From Myxococcales bacterium (GTDB lineage: Bacteria; Myxococcota; Myxococcia; Myxococcales; JAJYLH01), in the NCBI GenBank assembly GCA_021787845.1, contig JAJYLH010000001.1:238736-302735 (forward strand): a DNA stretch of 64,000 nucleotides, read 5' to 3'. A program made the translations under genes and the position numbers. Numbering within the stretch: position 1 is the first letter of the stretch; each line of letters starts with the position of its first letter. This document shows, piece by piece, positions 7,862 through 17,148 of the stretch. Under the pieces are notes generated by a model that saw nothing but the letters and a program-made list of their open reading frames with translations, ran no database searches and was not told the origin of the DNA.

Positions 7862-10537
7862 TCAAGGCGCCGGGATTACCGGCACGTCCGAGTCATCGAC
7901 GACCGTGTATTGCCCAGCCACCGTCGTGGCCGTCGCGATCACCGTGTCCGCGAAAGGCGCTGCGCCGGGTGCGGTGTATCCCACGAGCTCGAACGCGCCC
8001 GAGCCCAACGCCCCTCCGACCGGAATGATGTGCGTCTCCAACTTGCAGATGTGCGTCTGCTCGTCGCAGGTGGTGACGTCGGCGACCGACAGGGTGCCGA
8101 ACCCGTCGAGGTATTGGTTCGGCACGGGCGCGAGCAGCGTGACCTGGCCCTTGCCCACCACGCCCGCCCCAAAGGTGGTGGCCTGGTAAGAGGGCGCGTT
8201 GCCGTTCTCGTCCTGCCAGGTGAACTGGACCGTGGCGGACGCGCCGGGGGCCAGGGCGAGGCTCGATGGATCCGGGTTGCCGTACTTCCCATGGCTGGTC
8301 ATGAGGATGTGCCCCACCGCCCAGAGAGTCGTGTTCGCATCCCACTTGCCGTTCGGTCCGTCGTACTTGCCGTTCCCGTTCTCGTCGATGAAGAACTCGC
8401 CCGGGTCCCACTTGTTGTTGTCATTGGCGTCGATGTATGGCTCGCCTTCGTCGATGAAGTCCTCCCCTGGGTCGTACTGGCCGTTGCCGTTCGCGTCGAA
8501 GAACCCCTCCTCGCCTTGGGTGGTGACGATGAAGGTGACGAGGCCGTCACGCGGATTGCGTACCCTGGGCGACCCGTCGGCCGCCACGCAGGGGTCGTTC
8601 GGGTCTTGCGGCACCGTGAACTCGTTGGGCCAGGGCGGCACGTCCTCGGGCATGCGTGCGCCGAGCGTGGAGAGAACGTTCGTCGCCCGCCCCAGGCTCC
8701 CGTCGTCGGTCTTCGTTGGGACGGCCACCGGCAAGGGAGAAGGCGGACCGAACAGCCCGGCTTCGGTGTACCAGGTGACGACGCCCCCCGCGCCCAGCCG
8801 GTTGTTGAACCGGTCGCCTACCACTGCCGTGCAGTTCTCCTTGATGTCCGTCCACATGAAGCTGCAGTCGTTCCTCACGAGGGAGGGGATGGAGGCGTGT
8901 TCGCAGCGGACGGAGAAGTTTCGCCCATTGGCCTTGGCTCCGACGACGGCGATGGTCGAGCTCGTCGTCTCGGCGATGACCTTGCCGGTCGTGTCCTGGC
9001 CGAGGTAGGCCTGCGCGTGCACGGCGAACGTTCCCGCCGAGGTGCCGGAGTAGACGGTGAGGCTGGCCTCGCCGTTCACGCCCAGCGGCGTCTGCTGCGG
9101 GGCGAAGGAGACGCCGCAGTCGCTGTCGATGGAGAACACGAGCGTCGCTTGGCCGTTGAACGGCTGGTCGGTGGAGTCGAGAAGCTCGAACGTCAGCACC
9201 TGCTGTTCGCGAAAGCCGCTCGTCTTCACGCCCATGATGCCGAAGTCGGGGTCGTTGACGGGCGGGAGGAAGACGAGCGTTCCAGGAAGGACGATGTCGA
9301 ACGGAGTGTCGGCCCGGATGTCCGTGCCGTGGACGACCGCGCTGATCGTGCCGTTCGCCGGGCTATCGCCGGGCTGGAACCAGACGGTGGCGTCACCGTT
9401 CGCGTCGGTGGTCGCGCTCACGGTCGCGGCGAAGGTGCCGTTCGCGGCCGTCGCGAACTGACCGATGGCGCCGTCGACCGAGAAGTCTACGGTCTGGCCG
9501 AGGCCGGGAGTCTTGGTGTCGTTGGTGATGAGCGTCGCGACGACCTTGAACGGCGGGCTCTCGGCCGGAGCCCGCATCGCGGCGCGGGGCTTCACGCCCG
9601 AGTCGTCGTAGAGCGTCAGCACCAGGCTGTACTGATCTGGGCTGGGAACGTAGACATGGAACGGGACGTCCACCCGCTGCGACGTTCCCTGAAGGACCAC
9701 GGTGATCGTGCCGTTCGCCATCGTGCCGCCAGGCTTGAACCACGCGGTGGCCTTGCCCCCCACGTCGGTGGTCTCGCTCTGGGAAGCGCCATAGTCGCCG
9801 TCTGGCGTGGTGGCGAATTGGCCGATGTCGTTGTCCGCGGAGAAGACGACGGTCTGGCCAGCGCCGGGATTGCCGTGCTGGTCGGTGACGATCGCGGTGA
9901 TGCTGAACGGCGGGCCGTTGGTCAGAGCCGAGCCGGTGGTGAAGGGGAGCGGCACATCATTCGAGTCGTAGACCTCCACCGCCAGGCTGAAGGCGCCTTT
10001 CCCCGCCGTCGCGGCCGTCTTGCAAGCGCCGCTCGTCGCGTCGCAGGTGCCGCTCGCTCCGCTGGCGTCGGAGCAGGCCTTGCCGTCGCAGGCCGCCTGA
10101 CTGCAGTCCGGATGCGAGGCGTCGCAGGTCGAGGAGGTGGTCGAGCCCGTCGAGAGGGTGAACCCGACGGCGGTGGTCAACGCTTCACCGCCGATGGTGC
10201 CCGACGCCTTGACCACCGCGACGGTCCCCGTCGAGCACGTGCTGTCCTTCGTGGGGTCGCAAGCCGTGAACTTGGCCGTCGCCGTGCCGTCGCTGCCGAG
10301 GGTGACCGACGGGTGATCGACCGTTCCCTCCGTCGCCGTCAGGGTGATCTTGGCACCACTCGCGGGCGTGGTGGTCGTGCCCTCCACCGTTCGCCCGAAG
10401 ACGGTGAACGACACCTCCTTGCCCGGAGCGATGGTGTGGCCGCCCTGGACGTTGATGGTCAAGAGGTTCTGCTTGCTCACCTGGGAGCAGGCGGCGGCGA
10501 AGAGCCCGGCGGCGATGAGCGCGCGAGCGCGGAGCAT
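7862..10537 (-). CDS. large secreted/lipoprotein with Ig-like (Big) domains and thrombospondin type-3-like Ca-binding Asp repeats
   Basis: N-terminal signal with Cys (MLRARALIAAGLFAAACSQ). Repeated about 100-aa Ser/Thr/Gly-rich beta-domains follow. An acidic DxDxDGxxD cluster (FDANGNGQYDPGEDFIDEGEPYIDANDNNKWDPGEFFIDENGNGKYD) is present. Confidence 0.65.
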   Translation of the reverse strand: MLRARALIAAGLFAAACSQVSKQNLLTINVQGGHTIAPGKEVSFTVFGRTVEGTTTTPASGAKITLTATEGTVDHPSVTLGSDGTATAKFTACDPTKDSTCSTGTVAVVKASGTIGGEALTTAVGFTLSTGSTTSSTCDASHPDCSQAACDGKACSDASGASGTCDATSGACKTAATAGKGAFSLAVEVYDSNDVPLPFTTGSALTNGPPFSITAIVTDQHGNPGAGQTVVFSADNDIGQFATTPDGDYGASQSETTDVGGKATAWFKPGGTMANGTITVVLQGTSQRVDVPFHVYVPSPDQYSLVLTLYDDSGVKPRAAMRAPAESPPFKVVATLITNDTKTPGLGQTVDFSVDGAIGQFATAANGTFAATVSATTDANGDATVWFQPGDSPANGTISAVVHGTDIRADTPFDIVLPGTLVFLPPVNDPDFGIMGVKTSGFREQQVLTFELLDSTDQPFNGQATLVFSIDSDCGVSFAPQQTPLGVNGEASLTVYSGTSAGTFAVHAQAYLGQDTTGKVIAETTSSTIAVVGAKANGRNFSVRCEHASIPSLVRNDCSFMWTDIKENCTAVVGDRFNNRLGAGGVVTWYTEAGLFGPPSPLPVAVPTKTDDGSLGRATNVLSTLGARMPEDVPPWPNEFTVPQDPNDPCVAADGSPRVRNPRDGLVTFIVTTQGEEGFFDANGNGQYDPGEDFIDEGEPYIDANDNNKWDPGEFFIDENGNGKYDGPNGKWDANTTLWAVGHILMTSHGKYGNPDPSSLALAPGASATVQFTWQDENGNAPSYQATTFGAGVVGKGQVTLLAPVPNQYLDGFGTLSVADVTTCDEQTHICKLETHIIPVGGALGSGAFELVGYTAPGAAPFADTVIATATTVAGQYTVVDDSDVPVIPAP

Positions 10538-10605
10538 GGCGTCCTCCCACAGAGTCAAAGCGAGCAATCCGGGCGCGTCCGGGCCCGGTCTTCCCCAAGG
10601 CGCCG

Positions 10606-11223
10606 CTAGCCGCCCGTCGACGAGGGACAGGTCCGCCCGTCAGCCTGCCCGAGTGAGTCCAGACCGCACGTCGCGGTCGGCGACGCGCACAGCTTGAGGC
10701 ACCCAGCGCAGACCTGGACCGGGAACGTCTCGGACGCGGTCGACCAGAGCGAGCCGTCCTCGTAGTGACCCTTGAACATCACATCCACCAGGAGGCTGCC
10801 TTCGCTCTCCTGGAGGCTCGTGCCGTTGGCGCTCGTCAAGAGGCTCACCACCATGTCCAATTTGGAGCTGGGCGGGATGACCCCGGAGACCGCGACGGTC
10901 TCCGCCGGCGGCGTCGGCAGCCCGTTGTTCCCATGGAACTGCAGGACTTCCGAGTCGACGTAGGCCATGTCGGTCGTCGTCTGGTAGGCGGTCGCGTTGT
11001 CCGCAAGCTGATTGGTCAGCTCGACCCCGACCATGTACCCGGTTCCCTGGCTGGAATCGAGCAGCCCCTCCCCCACCTGCGCGCTCGTGTCCGCGGTGCA
11101 CGCCGTCGTCGTCACCTTGAGCGGGTAGAAGCCGGTGATCACCATCGGACCCGTGGCACTGGCGCACGAGACGCCTGCGGCCAGCGCCAAGAGCGCGACA
11201 CCGCGGACGAGCGAAGGTCGCAT
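10606..11223 (-). CDS. Cys-rich lipoprotein, hypothetical
   Basis: Only the C-terminal 205 codons of track ORF 10606..12723 are used. It starts MRPSLVRGVALLALAAGVSC (lipobox) after a GAGGAGAGAGAC RBS. The rest of that ORF overlaps pilQ in another frame and is an artefact. Confidence 0.5.
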   Translation of the reverse strand: MRPSLVRGVALLALAAGVSCASATGPMVITGFYPLKVTTTACTADTSAQVGEGLLDSSQGTGYMVGVELTNQLADNATAYQTTTDMAYVDSEVLQFHGNNGLPTPPAETVAVSGVIPPSSKLDMVVSLLTSANGTSLQESEGSLLVDVMFKGHYEDGSLWSTASETFPVQVCAGCLKLCASPTATCGLDSLGQADGRTCPSSTGG

Positions 11224-11285
11224 GTCTCTCTCCTCTCTTCGGTCAGCCGCCCGTCGCCCGAGGGCGGCTCCTGATGTGCCCTTCG

Positions 11286-14042
11286 TCAGGGCGCCGCCGT
11301 CTCCGTCACCACCGATTCCTCGCGGTTGACGATGTGCGGGGTGATGAAGATCAGCATTTCCGTCCGTTGGTCCGAAACACTCTTTTGCGAGAACAAACGG
11401 CCGATGAGCGGGATCTTGTCCAGGAACGGGACCCCTTTGTCGGAGAGCGAGTTCGACCGGGTGTAGATGCCGCCGATCACGGTGGTGTCGCCGTCCTTGA
11501 CCACCACCTCGGTCTGTGCCTGCCGCTGGGAGATCGCCGGCTGGCCGTTCGCGCCGGTGAACGCCGCGTCGGGCTGGTTGTTGCTCGCGTTGATCTTCAT
11601 CACGATCGAGCCATCGGCGGTGACGTGCGGGGTCACCTGGAGCTGCAACATCGCCTGCATGAAGGTGGTGTTCGTCCCCGCCGCCGAGACCTCGCTGTAG
11701 GGAATCTGCACGCCCTGGCTGATGGTGGCCGACTTGTTGTCGAGGGTGGTCACCTTCGGCGCGCTCACCGTCTTGATCGTTCCGTTGACCTCGGCCGCGC
11801 TCAAACGCAGGTTGAGCTGCGCCGCTCCTCCCGCCGACCCGAAGACGAAGCCGACGCCGCCGCCGCTCCCGGTGCCGATGGCCGTCGGGAAGTTGATGAC
11901 GAAGTTCGGGTTGGCGCTGGTCGCGCTGGTCGGCGTCTGCCCGTCGGTCGCCGCCCCCGCGACCGAGACCAGGTTCGGAAAGATGAGACCGGTGGGATTG
12001 CCGGTGGCGGGGCTCGCCTGGAGATTGCCGCCCCACTGGATGCCGACCGACTGGGTGAAAGTGCTCTGCGCCTCCACGATCCGCGCCTCGATCAGCACCT
12101 CGGGAGTCTGGGTGTCGAGCAGGTGGACGAGCTGCTCCGCCTTCGCGAGCGAGCTGACGATGTCCTTGACGACGAGCACGTTGGTCCGGGCGTCGACCGA
12201 GACCGTCCCCCGGCTCGTCAGCACGTCCTTCACCCGCGAGGCGACCTGCTCGGCGGTCGCGTAGTTCACCGGGATCAGCCGGACCTTGAGCGGCTGCCGG
12301 AGGATGTCTTCCTTCTGCTCCTCCACCGCCTGCTTCTTCTCCGCGGCGAGCGTCGCGAGCGGCGCGATGCGGATGATGTCGCCCACGTTCTCCCGGCCCA
12401 GACCCTTGGTCTTCAACACCACGTCGAGGGCCTCGTCCCACGGCACGTTGCGCAGCCGCACCGAGACCGTCCCCTTGACGTCGCTCGAGGCGACGATGTT
12501 GCGCTTCGCGATCTCCGCGATGGCCTGGATGAACTGGATGATGTCCAGGTCTTTCGCGGTGAAGTCGACCCGCCGCCCCGTGTACTCCGGCTCGGCGCGA
12601 GGCCCGGCCGCCCCCGCGTAGGCCCGCGCCTCGCCCAGGAACCCACCGGGACCGCTCCCGCCTCCCGGCGGATCGGCCTGGGCCAGCTCGACCGGACGGC
12701 GGTCGCTCTGGGTGAAGGTCCACACGATGCCCACCGACGGCCCCACCCGCATCTTCGCGAGCCGGGTGCGGACCGCGCGCGCTCCCCGCTTGAGCCCGAC
12801 GACCAGCTTCACCCCTTCGGGGACCCCCAGCGAGGCCACGTACGCCACCGGGCCGGCGAGCAGCGACGCGTCCAGCTTCCGGGCCAGTCGCTCGGGGAGA
12901 GCGGCGCCGTGCAGTAGGAGCGTATCCGTCCCCCCCGGCGCCGCCGACTGGTCGACCGCGACCTGCCGGTCGAGCACCACCACCACCCGGGTCGAGCGGC
13001 CGTGGGTCGACACGTCCAGGGAGCGTACCCGCGGCGTCCGCCCCAAGGAAGCGCTGCCGCTGCCCGGGCCCGCGGCGAGCGGCTCCTCTCGCGCCGAGGC
13101 GACCATCCGGGGAATCGCCCGGGGGTCGGAAAGCCGTCCAGCACCGAGCCGGCGCGCCAGGACCGGCGCCGGCGTCAGACCCACCTCGACGATGAGCCCG
13201 TGCCCGGTCCGGAGGATGTGGAACGGCGGGAACCGGTCGCCCCGGGCCTCGAGCACCACCCGCAGCGCCCCCTGTCGCGGGGCGACCCTCAGGGCGGTGA
13301 CGTCTCCGACCTGGCGGCGCTCGTCGCGCGTCTTGCCGGTGAACCCGGCGAGGTCCAAGGCGATGCGCCCGGGATTCTTGAGCTCCATCAGCTCGTACTT
13401 GGCGATGGGGCCGTCGCAGACGAGCTCGAGCCGCACCTTCTGGCCCGCGCGCGAAAGCCGGGCAAGGACGAGGCGCGACCCGCCCCGCACCCCTTCCGGC
13501 AGCCGGTCGACCTCGACCCGCACCACGTTGTCGCCGAGGGGCGCCGCCGGCTTGGGGCTAGGAGCGGTGGCGGCTACCGGCTGCGGTGCCGGGGTGCCCG
13601 TGAGCGAGACGACGAGGCCGGTGGGCGAAGACTGGACCTCGAACCGGGTGCCCGCCCGGACGGTGATGACCACCCGGCCGACTCGCGAGCGGGCGTCGTC
13701 GAATTGGGTCGCCTGGATGCTTTGCACGAGCCCCTGGCCGGCGATCCTGCCCGAGCGCTCGAGGGCCGTCACGTCGGCGCTGGACAGGTCGATCACGACC
13801 CGCGGCGGCTGGTCGAGCTTGAAGACGGTGAACGTCGGCTCCCGGTCGGCGATGAGCCGGACGATGCCCGTCTTCAGGGTCGCGTGGAGGTCGACTCGGG
13901 TCACCTTCGCCACCGGCGGCGGGACCTGGGCGCGCGCGGTCTGGCCGAAAGCGCCCGAGACCGAGAGAACCGCCGCGATGAGGGGCGGAAGCCCTTTCGG
14001 GCGGCGAGCGCGGAAAAAGCGCCTCATGCGGCGATCCTCCAA
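11286..14042 (-). CDS. pilQ: type IV pilus secretin PilQ (three N-terminal AMIN-like domains plus C-terminal secretin domain)
   Basis: The C-terminal secretin signature (VLIEARIVE...GGIYT...VPFLDKIPLIGRLF...MLIFITPHIV) and N-terminal AMIN-like beta-repeats are present. The alternative start MRRFF is 15 nt downstream. Confidence 0.9.
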   Translation of the reverse strand: MEDRRMRRFFRARRPKGLPPLIAAVLSVSGAFGQTARAQVPPPVAKVTRVDLHATLKTGIVRLIADREPTFTVFKLDQPPRVVIDLSSADVTALERSGRIAGQGLVQSIQATQFDDARSRVGRVVITVRAGTRFEVQSSPTGLVVSLTGTPAPQPVAATAPSPKPAAPLGDNVVRVEVDRLPEGVRGGSRLVLARLSRAGQKVRLELVCDGPIAKYELMELKNPGRIALDLAGFTGKTRDERRQVGDVTALRVAPRQGALRVVLEARGDRFPPFHILRTGHGLIVEVGLTPAPVLARRLGAGRLSDPRAIPRMVASAREEPLAAGPGSGSASLGRTPRVRSLDVSTHGRSTRVVVVLDRQVAVDQSAAPGGTDTLLLHGAALPERLARKLDASLLAGPVAYVASLGVPEGVKLVVGLKRGARAVRTRLAKMRVGPSVGIVWTFTQSDRRPVELAQADPPGGGSGPGGFLGEARAYAGAAGPRAEPEYTGRRVDFTAKDLDIIQFIQAIAEIAKRNIVASSDVKGTVSVRLRNVPWDEALDVVLKTKGLGRENVGDIIRIAPLATLAAEKKQAVEEQKEDILRQPLKVRLIPVNYATAEQVASRVKDVLTSRGTVSVDARTNVLVVKDIVSSLAKAEQLVHLLDTQTPEVLIEARIVEAQSTFTQSVGIQWGGNLQASPATGNPTGLIFPNLVSVAGAATDGQTPTSATSANPNFVINFPTAIGTGSGGGVGFVFGSAGGAAQLNLRLSAAEVNGTIKTVSAPKVTTLDNKSATISQGVQIPYSEVSAAGTNTTFMQAMLQLQVTPHVTADGSIVMKINASNNQPDAAFTGANGQPAISQRQAQTEVVVKDGDTTVIGGIYTRSNSLSDKGVPFLDKIPLIGRLFSQKSVSDQRTEMLIFITPHIVNREESVVTETAAP

Positions 14043-14085
14043 AGAGCGACGGCGGCCTCGGCCGCCGAGCTGGAGCGGCGAGACA

Positions 14086-14658
14086 TCATGGCGCCGGGCT
14101 TCCCACCACCCGTTCGTTCGAGATGGCGTGATCGGCCACTTCTTCGGCCGCGGTCTTCGGCATCTTGAGATGGAGGTACTCGTGCGAGACGGTGCCGGTC
14201 TGCTGGTCGGCGATGGTCTCGGTGATCGTCAGATCCTCCTGGCCGATGTGGCTGACCATTCCCCAGTCGCGGCCGACGAAGTCGCCCAGCCGGACGAGGT
14301 GGGCCTTCCCGGTCGGGTCCTGAATCAGCGCCTGGGGCGCGGCCGTGCCAGTCATCGTCATCTTCAGCACGAGCTGGTCCAGGTCGAACTTCTGCAGGGC
14401 TTGCAGGGGGCGACTCTCCAACGCCACGTCGTGGATGTAGCGGGTGCCGCTGGCCCCTTGGTTCGGGTTCTGGAAGGGGTCCCGCTTGCCCTTCGGGTCG
14501 TAGACGTAGAGGTCGGCAGCGGTCTCGGTGTCCGCCAGGGTGTCGTCGGCGACGGCGACCTTCTTGTGGCTCGCGGTCAACGAGCGGGTCGGCGGCAAGG
14601 TGGGCGCGCAGGCGGCGAAGGCGAGGAGCGCCGAGAGGGCGAGCTTCGGAGGCATCAT
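14086..14658 (-). CDS. pilP: type IV pilus assembly lipoprotein PilP
   Basis: 190 aa with a lipoprotein signal (LLAFAACAP). It lies between pilO and pilQ and has a PilP-like C-terminal beta-domain. Confidence 0.75.
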   Translation of the reverse strand: MMPPKLALSALLAFAACAPTLPPTRSLTASHKKVAVADDTLADTETAADLYVYDPKGKRDPFQNPNQGASGTRYIHDVALESRPLQALQKFDLDQLVLKMTMTGTAAPQALIQDPTGKAHLVRLGDFVGRDWGMVSHIGQEDLTITETIADQQTGTVSHEYLHLKMPKTAAEEVADHAISNERVVGSPAP

Positions 14659-15260
14659 CGGCGTCCCTTCTTCGCCGGCGGTGCCGGAAGGAAGCTGAAG
14701 GTGGTCACGGAGAAGGCCGCGTCGACGATGATTTTGTCGTTCTTCATCCGCGGGTTCTTGAGGTCGAGGTTCGCGACGTTGACGATCCGTTTCAGGTGCC
14801 GGAGGGCGTCGAAGAAGACCGCGATTTCCGGGTAGGCGCCGGTCGCCGACATCTGGAACGGGATCTCCGCGTAGAACTGCGCGCGCCGTTCGGCCTTGGG
14901 CTCCAAGGTGTTGATCGAAAGCCCCGCCTTCTGCGCCGTCGCGTAGACGCTCTCGATGATTTCCGGGATGTTCGCCTGCTCGGGCATCTCCGTCAGCGCC
15001 TTCTTCAGCTTCTGCTCCAACAGCTCCTTCTGGCGGCGATAGACCGGCAGGTTGTCGGCCGTCGCCTTGTCCTCGATCATCTCGTCTTCCAGGTGGCGGC
15101 TCTGCGCGATGGCGCTGTTGGTGTCGTCCCAGATGCTCGAGACGAAGAGGAAGTAGTTGCCCGCGGTCAGCCCTCCGGCGATGGCGAGGACGATCGCCAC
15201 CTTCCCCCCCAGCGGGATCCGCCGGACGAAATCCATCACCTGTTCAACCGGGGAGGCCAT
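14655..15260 (-). CDS. pilO: type IV pilus assembly protein PilO
   Basis: 201 aa with a single N-terminal TM helix and a coiled-coil region. Its position and 4-bp overlap with pilP support the call. Confidence 0.75.
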   Translation of the reverse strand: MASPVEQVMDFVRRIPLGGKVAIVLAIAGGLTAGNYFLFVSSIWDDTNSAIAQSRHLEDEMIEDKATADNLPVYRRQKELLEQKLKKALTEMPEQANIPEIIESVYATAQKAGLSINTLEPKAERRAQFYAEIPFQMSATGAYPEIAVFFDALRHLKRIVNVANLDLKNPRMKNDKIIVDAAFSVTTFSFLPAPPAKKGRR

Positions 15261-15266
15261 CGTCTC

Positions 15267-16853
15267 TCACCGTCTTGGCGTGTTCGACACGCCGCAGCTC
15301 ACCGAGAAGTCCACCGCGTCCCCCGCGGCGCGGGTCGGTCCGAGCGTGGGAGCGCTGAAGAACTTGGACCCTTCCAGCCGCTTGACGAAGCTCGCCACGT
15401 CGTCGTAGGAGGCGGCGCTCCCGGTCATGGTCGCCTTTCCCCCCTGTATCTCGAACGTCTTCAGCCACACCCGCTTCGGGATGATCGTCGACAGCTCGTC
15501 CATCACCCGCACCGGGCCGGTCCGCCCGTCCTTGAGGGTCTGGAGCACCTTGAGCTTCTGCTCGATGTTCGCTTTCTCCGCCTTGATGTTCTTGACGTCG
15601 CCGATGATGCTCTTGAGCTTCTTGATCTGAACGTTGAAGTTCTCGACCCGTTCGTGCGCCGCGTTCAGGCCCTGCTGGGTGGCGTCGTACCAGAAGTAGT
15701 TGCCGACGGCCGCCCCGAAGAAGACCAACGCGAACAACACCAGCCACTGCTTGCCGACCTCGCGCTTCTTCGAGGCGCGCACCGGCAGGAGGTTGATGTC
15801 GTCGTCGACCTTTCGCAGCGCGAGCCCGACGCCCACCGCCGACGACGGCGCGATCTCCATCAGATAGGCGGGGTCGAACTTGCGGTTGTCGATCTCGATC
15901 GCCTTGAACGGGTTGAGGATTTCGACCGGGACCCCGATGCGCTGCTCGATGATCTTGAACAGGCTCGGAATCTTCGCGGTGCCGCCCGAGAGGTAGACCT
16001 TGGAGATGCGCGCGTCCGCCGCGGTCGCGGCGTAGAAGTCCAGGCTGCGCTGAATCTCCCCCGCGAGCTGCGCGGCGACGCCCTGGATGACCCGCTCCAC
16101 CTCCTGCGGAACCACCGAGTCGGTCTCGCTCAGGTCGCCCCCGACCTTGAGCTTCTCCGCCTCGTCGTAGCTGACGTTGAGCTGCTTCTGAATCTCCTCG
16201 GTGAACTGGTTGCCGCCCATCGAGACGTCGCGGGTGAACGTCGTGACGCCCTGGGCGATGACGTTGATGTTGACGACGCTCGCGCCGACGTTGATGAGAA
16301 CCACCGTGTCGGTGTGCGAAATCTCGTAGGAGGTCTCGAACGCGCGTTGGACCGCGAAGGCGTCGACCGCGACCACCGTGGGGACGAGGCCCGCCTCCGC
16401 GATCACCGCGCTGTAGTCGTTGATCATGTCCTTCTTGGCGGCGACCAGAAGGACGTCCATGTGGCCGGTGGCGTCGTCGCCGGTGCCGAGGAGCTTGACG
16501 TCGATGTTCACGTCCTTGACGTCGAAGGGGATGTACTGCTCCGCCTCCCACTGGATCGATTCGTCCAGCTCCTCCTTCGTCATCTTCGGCAGCGAGATCT
16601 TCTTGATGATGACGCTGTGGCCGCTGATGCCCAGGGCGACGTTCTTGTTCTTGATCTTCGCCTGGGCGAACAGCTCCCGGATCGCGTCGACGATGGCCGC
16701 GCTGTTCATCAGCGCGCCGTCGACGATCGCTTCCGGCGGCAGCGGCGCCACGCCGAACGAGTCGAGGACGAAGCCGCGCTTGCTCTCCCGCAGGTGGACG
16801 AGCTTCACGCTCGAGGAGCCGATGTCGAGGCCGACCGCGAGCTTCTGCGCCAC
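15267..16853 (-). CDS. pilMN: fused PilM-PilN (actin-like ATPase PilM joined in frame to the PilN N-terminal INLLP motif, TM helix and periplasmic domain)
   Basis: Single 528-aa ORF. Residues 1 to about 350 are PilM-like (MAQKLAVGLDIGSSSVKLV...GLALRKVDD). This is followed without a stop by DINLLPVRASKKREVGKQWLVLFALVFFGAAVG and a PilN-like domain. Confidence 0.8.
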   Translation of the reverse strand: MAQKLAVGLDIGSSSVKLVHLRESKRGFVLDSFGVAPLPPEAIVDGALMNSAAIVDAIRELFAQAKIKNKNVALGISGHSVIIKKISLPKMTKEELDESIQWEAEQYIPFDVKDVNIDVKLLGTGDDATGHMDVLLVAAKKDMINDYSAVIAEAGLVPTVVAVDAFAVQRAFETSYEISHTDTVVLINVGASVVNINVIAQGVTTFTRDVSMGGNQFTEEIQKQLNVSYDEAEKLKVGGDLSETDSVVPQEVERVIQGVAAQLAGEIQRSLDFYAATAADARISKVYLSGGTAKIPSLFKIIEQRIGVPVEILNPFKAIEIDNRKFDPAYLMEIAPSSAVGVGLALRKVDDDINLLPVRASKKREVGKQWLVLFALVFFGAAVGNYFWYDATQQGLNAAHERVENFNVQIKKLKSIIGDVKNIKAEKANIEQKLKVLQTLKDGRTGPVRVMDELSTIIPKRVWLKTFEIQGGKATMTGSAASYDDVASFVKRLEGSKFFSAPTLGPTRAAGDAVDFSVSCGVSNTPRR

Positions 16854-17148
16854 TGCCCTCTCCTCAAAACGCCCGGCCGTCTCGCCATCGGCCTGGCCGC
16901 CCCCTCAAACGGCGGGGCTCCGTCCCGGTGATTTCGCTCCCCCTCGACCAGGAGCGCCTCCCGAGCGCGAGAGGCGATGTTACACTGCGGCCGAAGCGCC
17001 CTCCAAGTTTTCGACCGCCACAGAGCCTGCTTTTGTGGGCGCATGGAGGCTTGCGGCGCACCCCTGACGACCCACGACGAAAGACGATGCTAGGACGGCG
17101 AGCGGCCTTGGCAAGAAAACGGCCGCCTCTCGTTCTTGGGAGCCCTCG

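Noticed and set aside
7121-10609. 1162-aa plus-strand ORF
   Set aside because: Antisense to efp, the Roadblock gene and the Ig-like protein gene; it has no recognisable motifs.
10606-12723. 705-aa minus-strand ORF overlapping pilQ
   Set aside because: Only its last 205 codons (the lipoprotein 10606..11223) are plausible. The upstream part overlaps the PilQ secretin domain in another frame.
17100-17148. Sigma-54-like GG-N10-GC (TGGCAAGAAAACGGCC) about 40 nt upstream of the SDR gene
   Set aside because: The -12 element does not match TTGCW, and the sequence also forms a GC hairpin, so there is not enough evidence for a promoter call.
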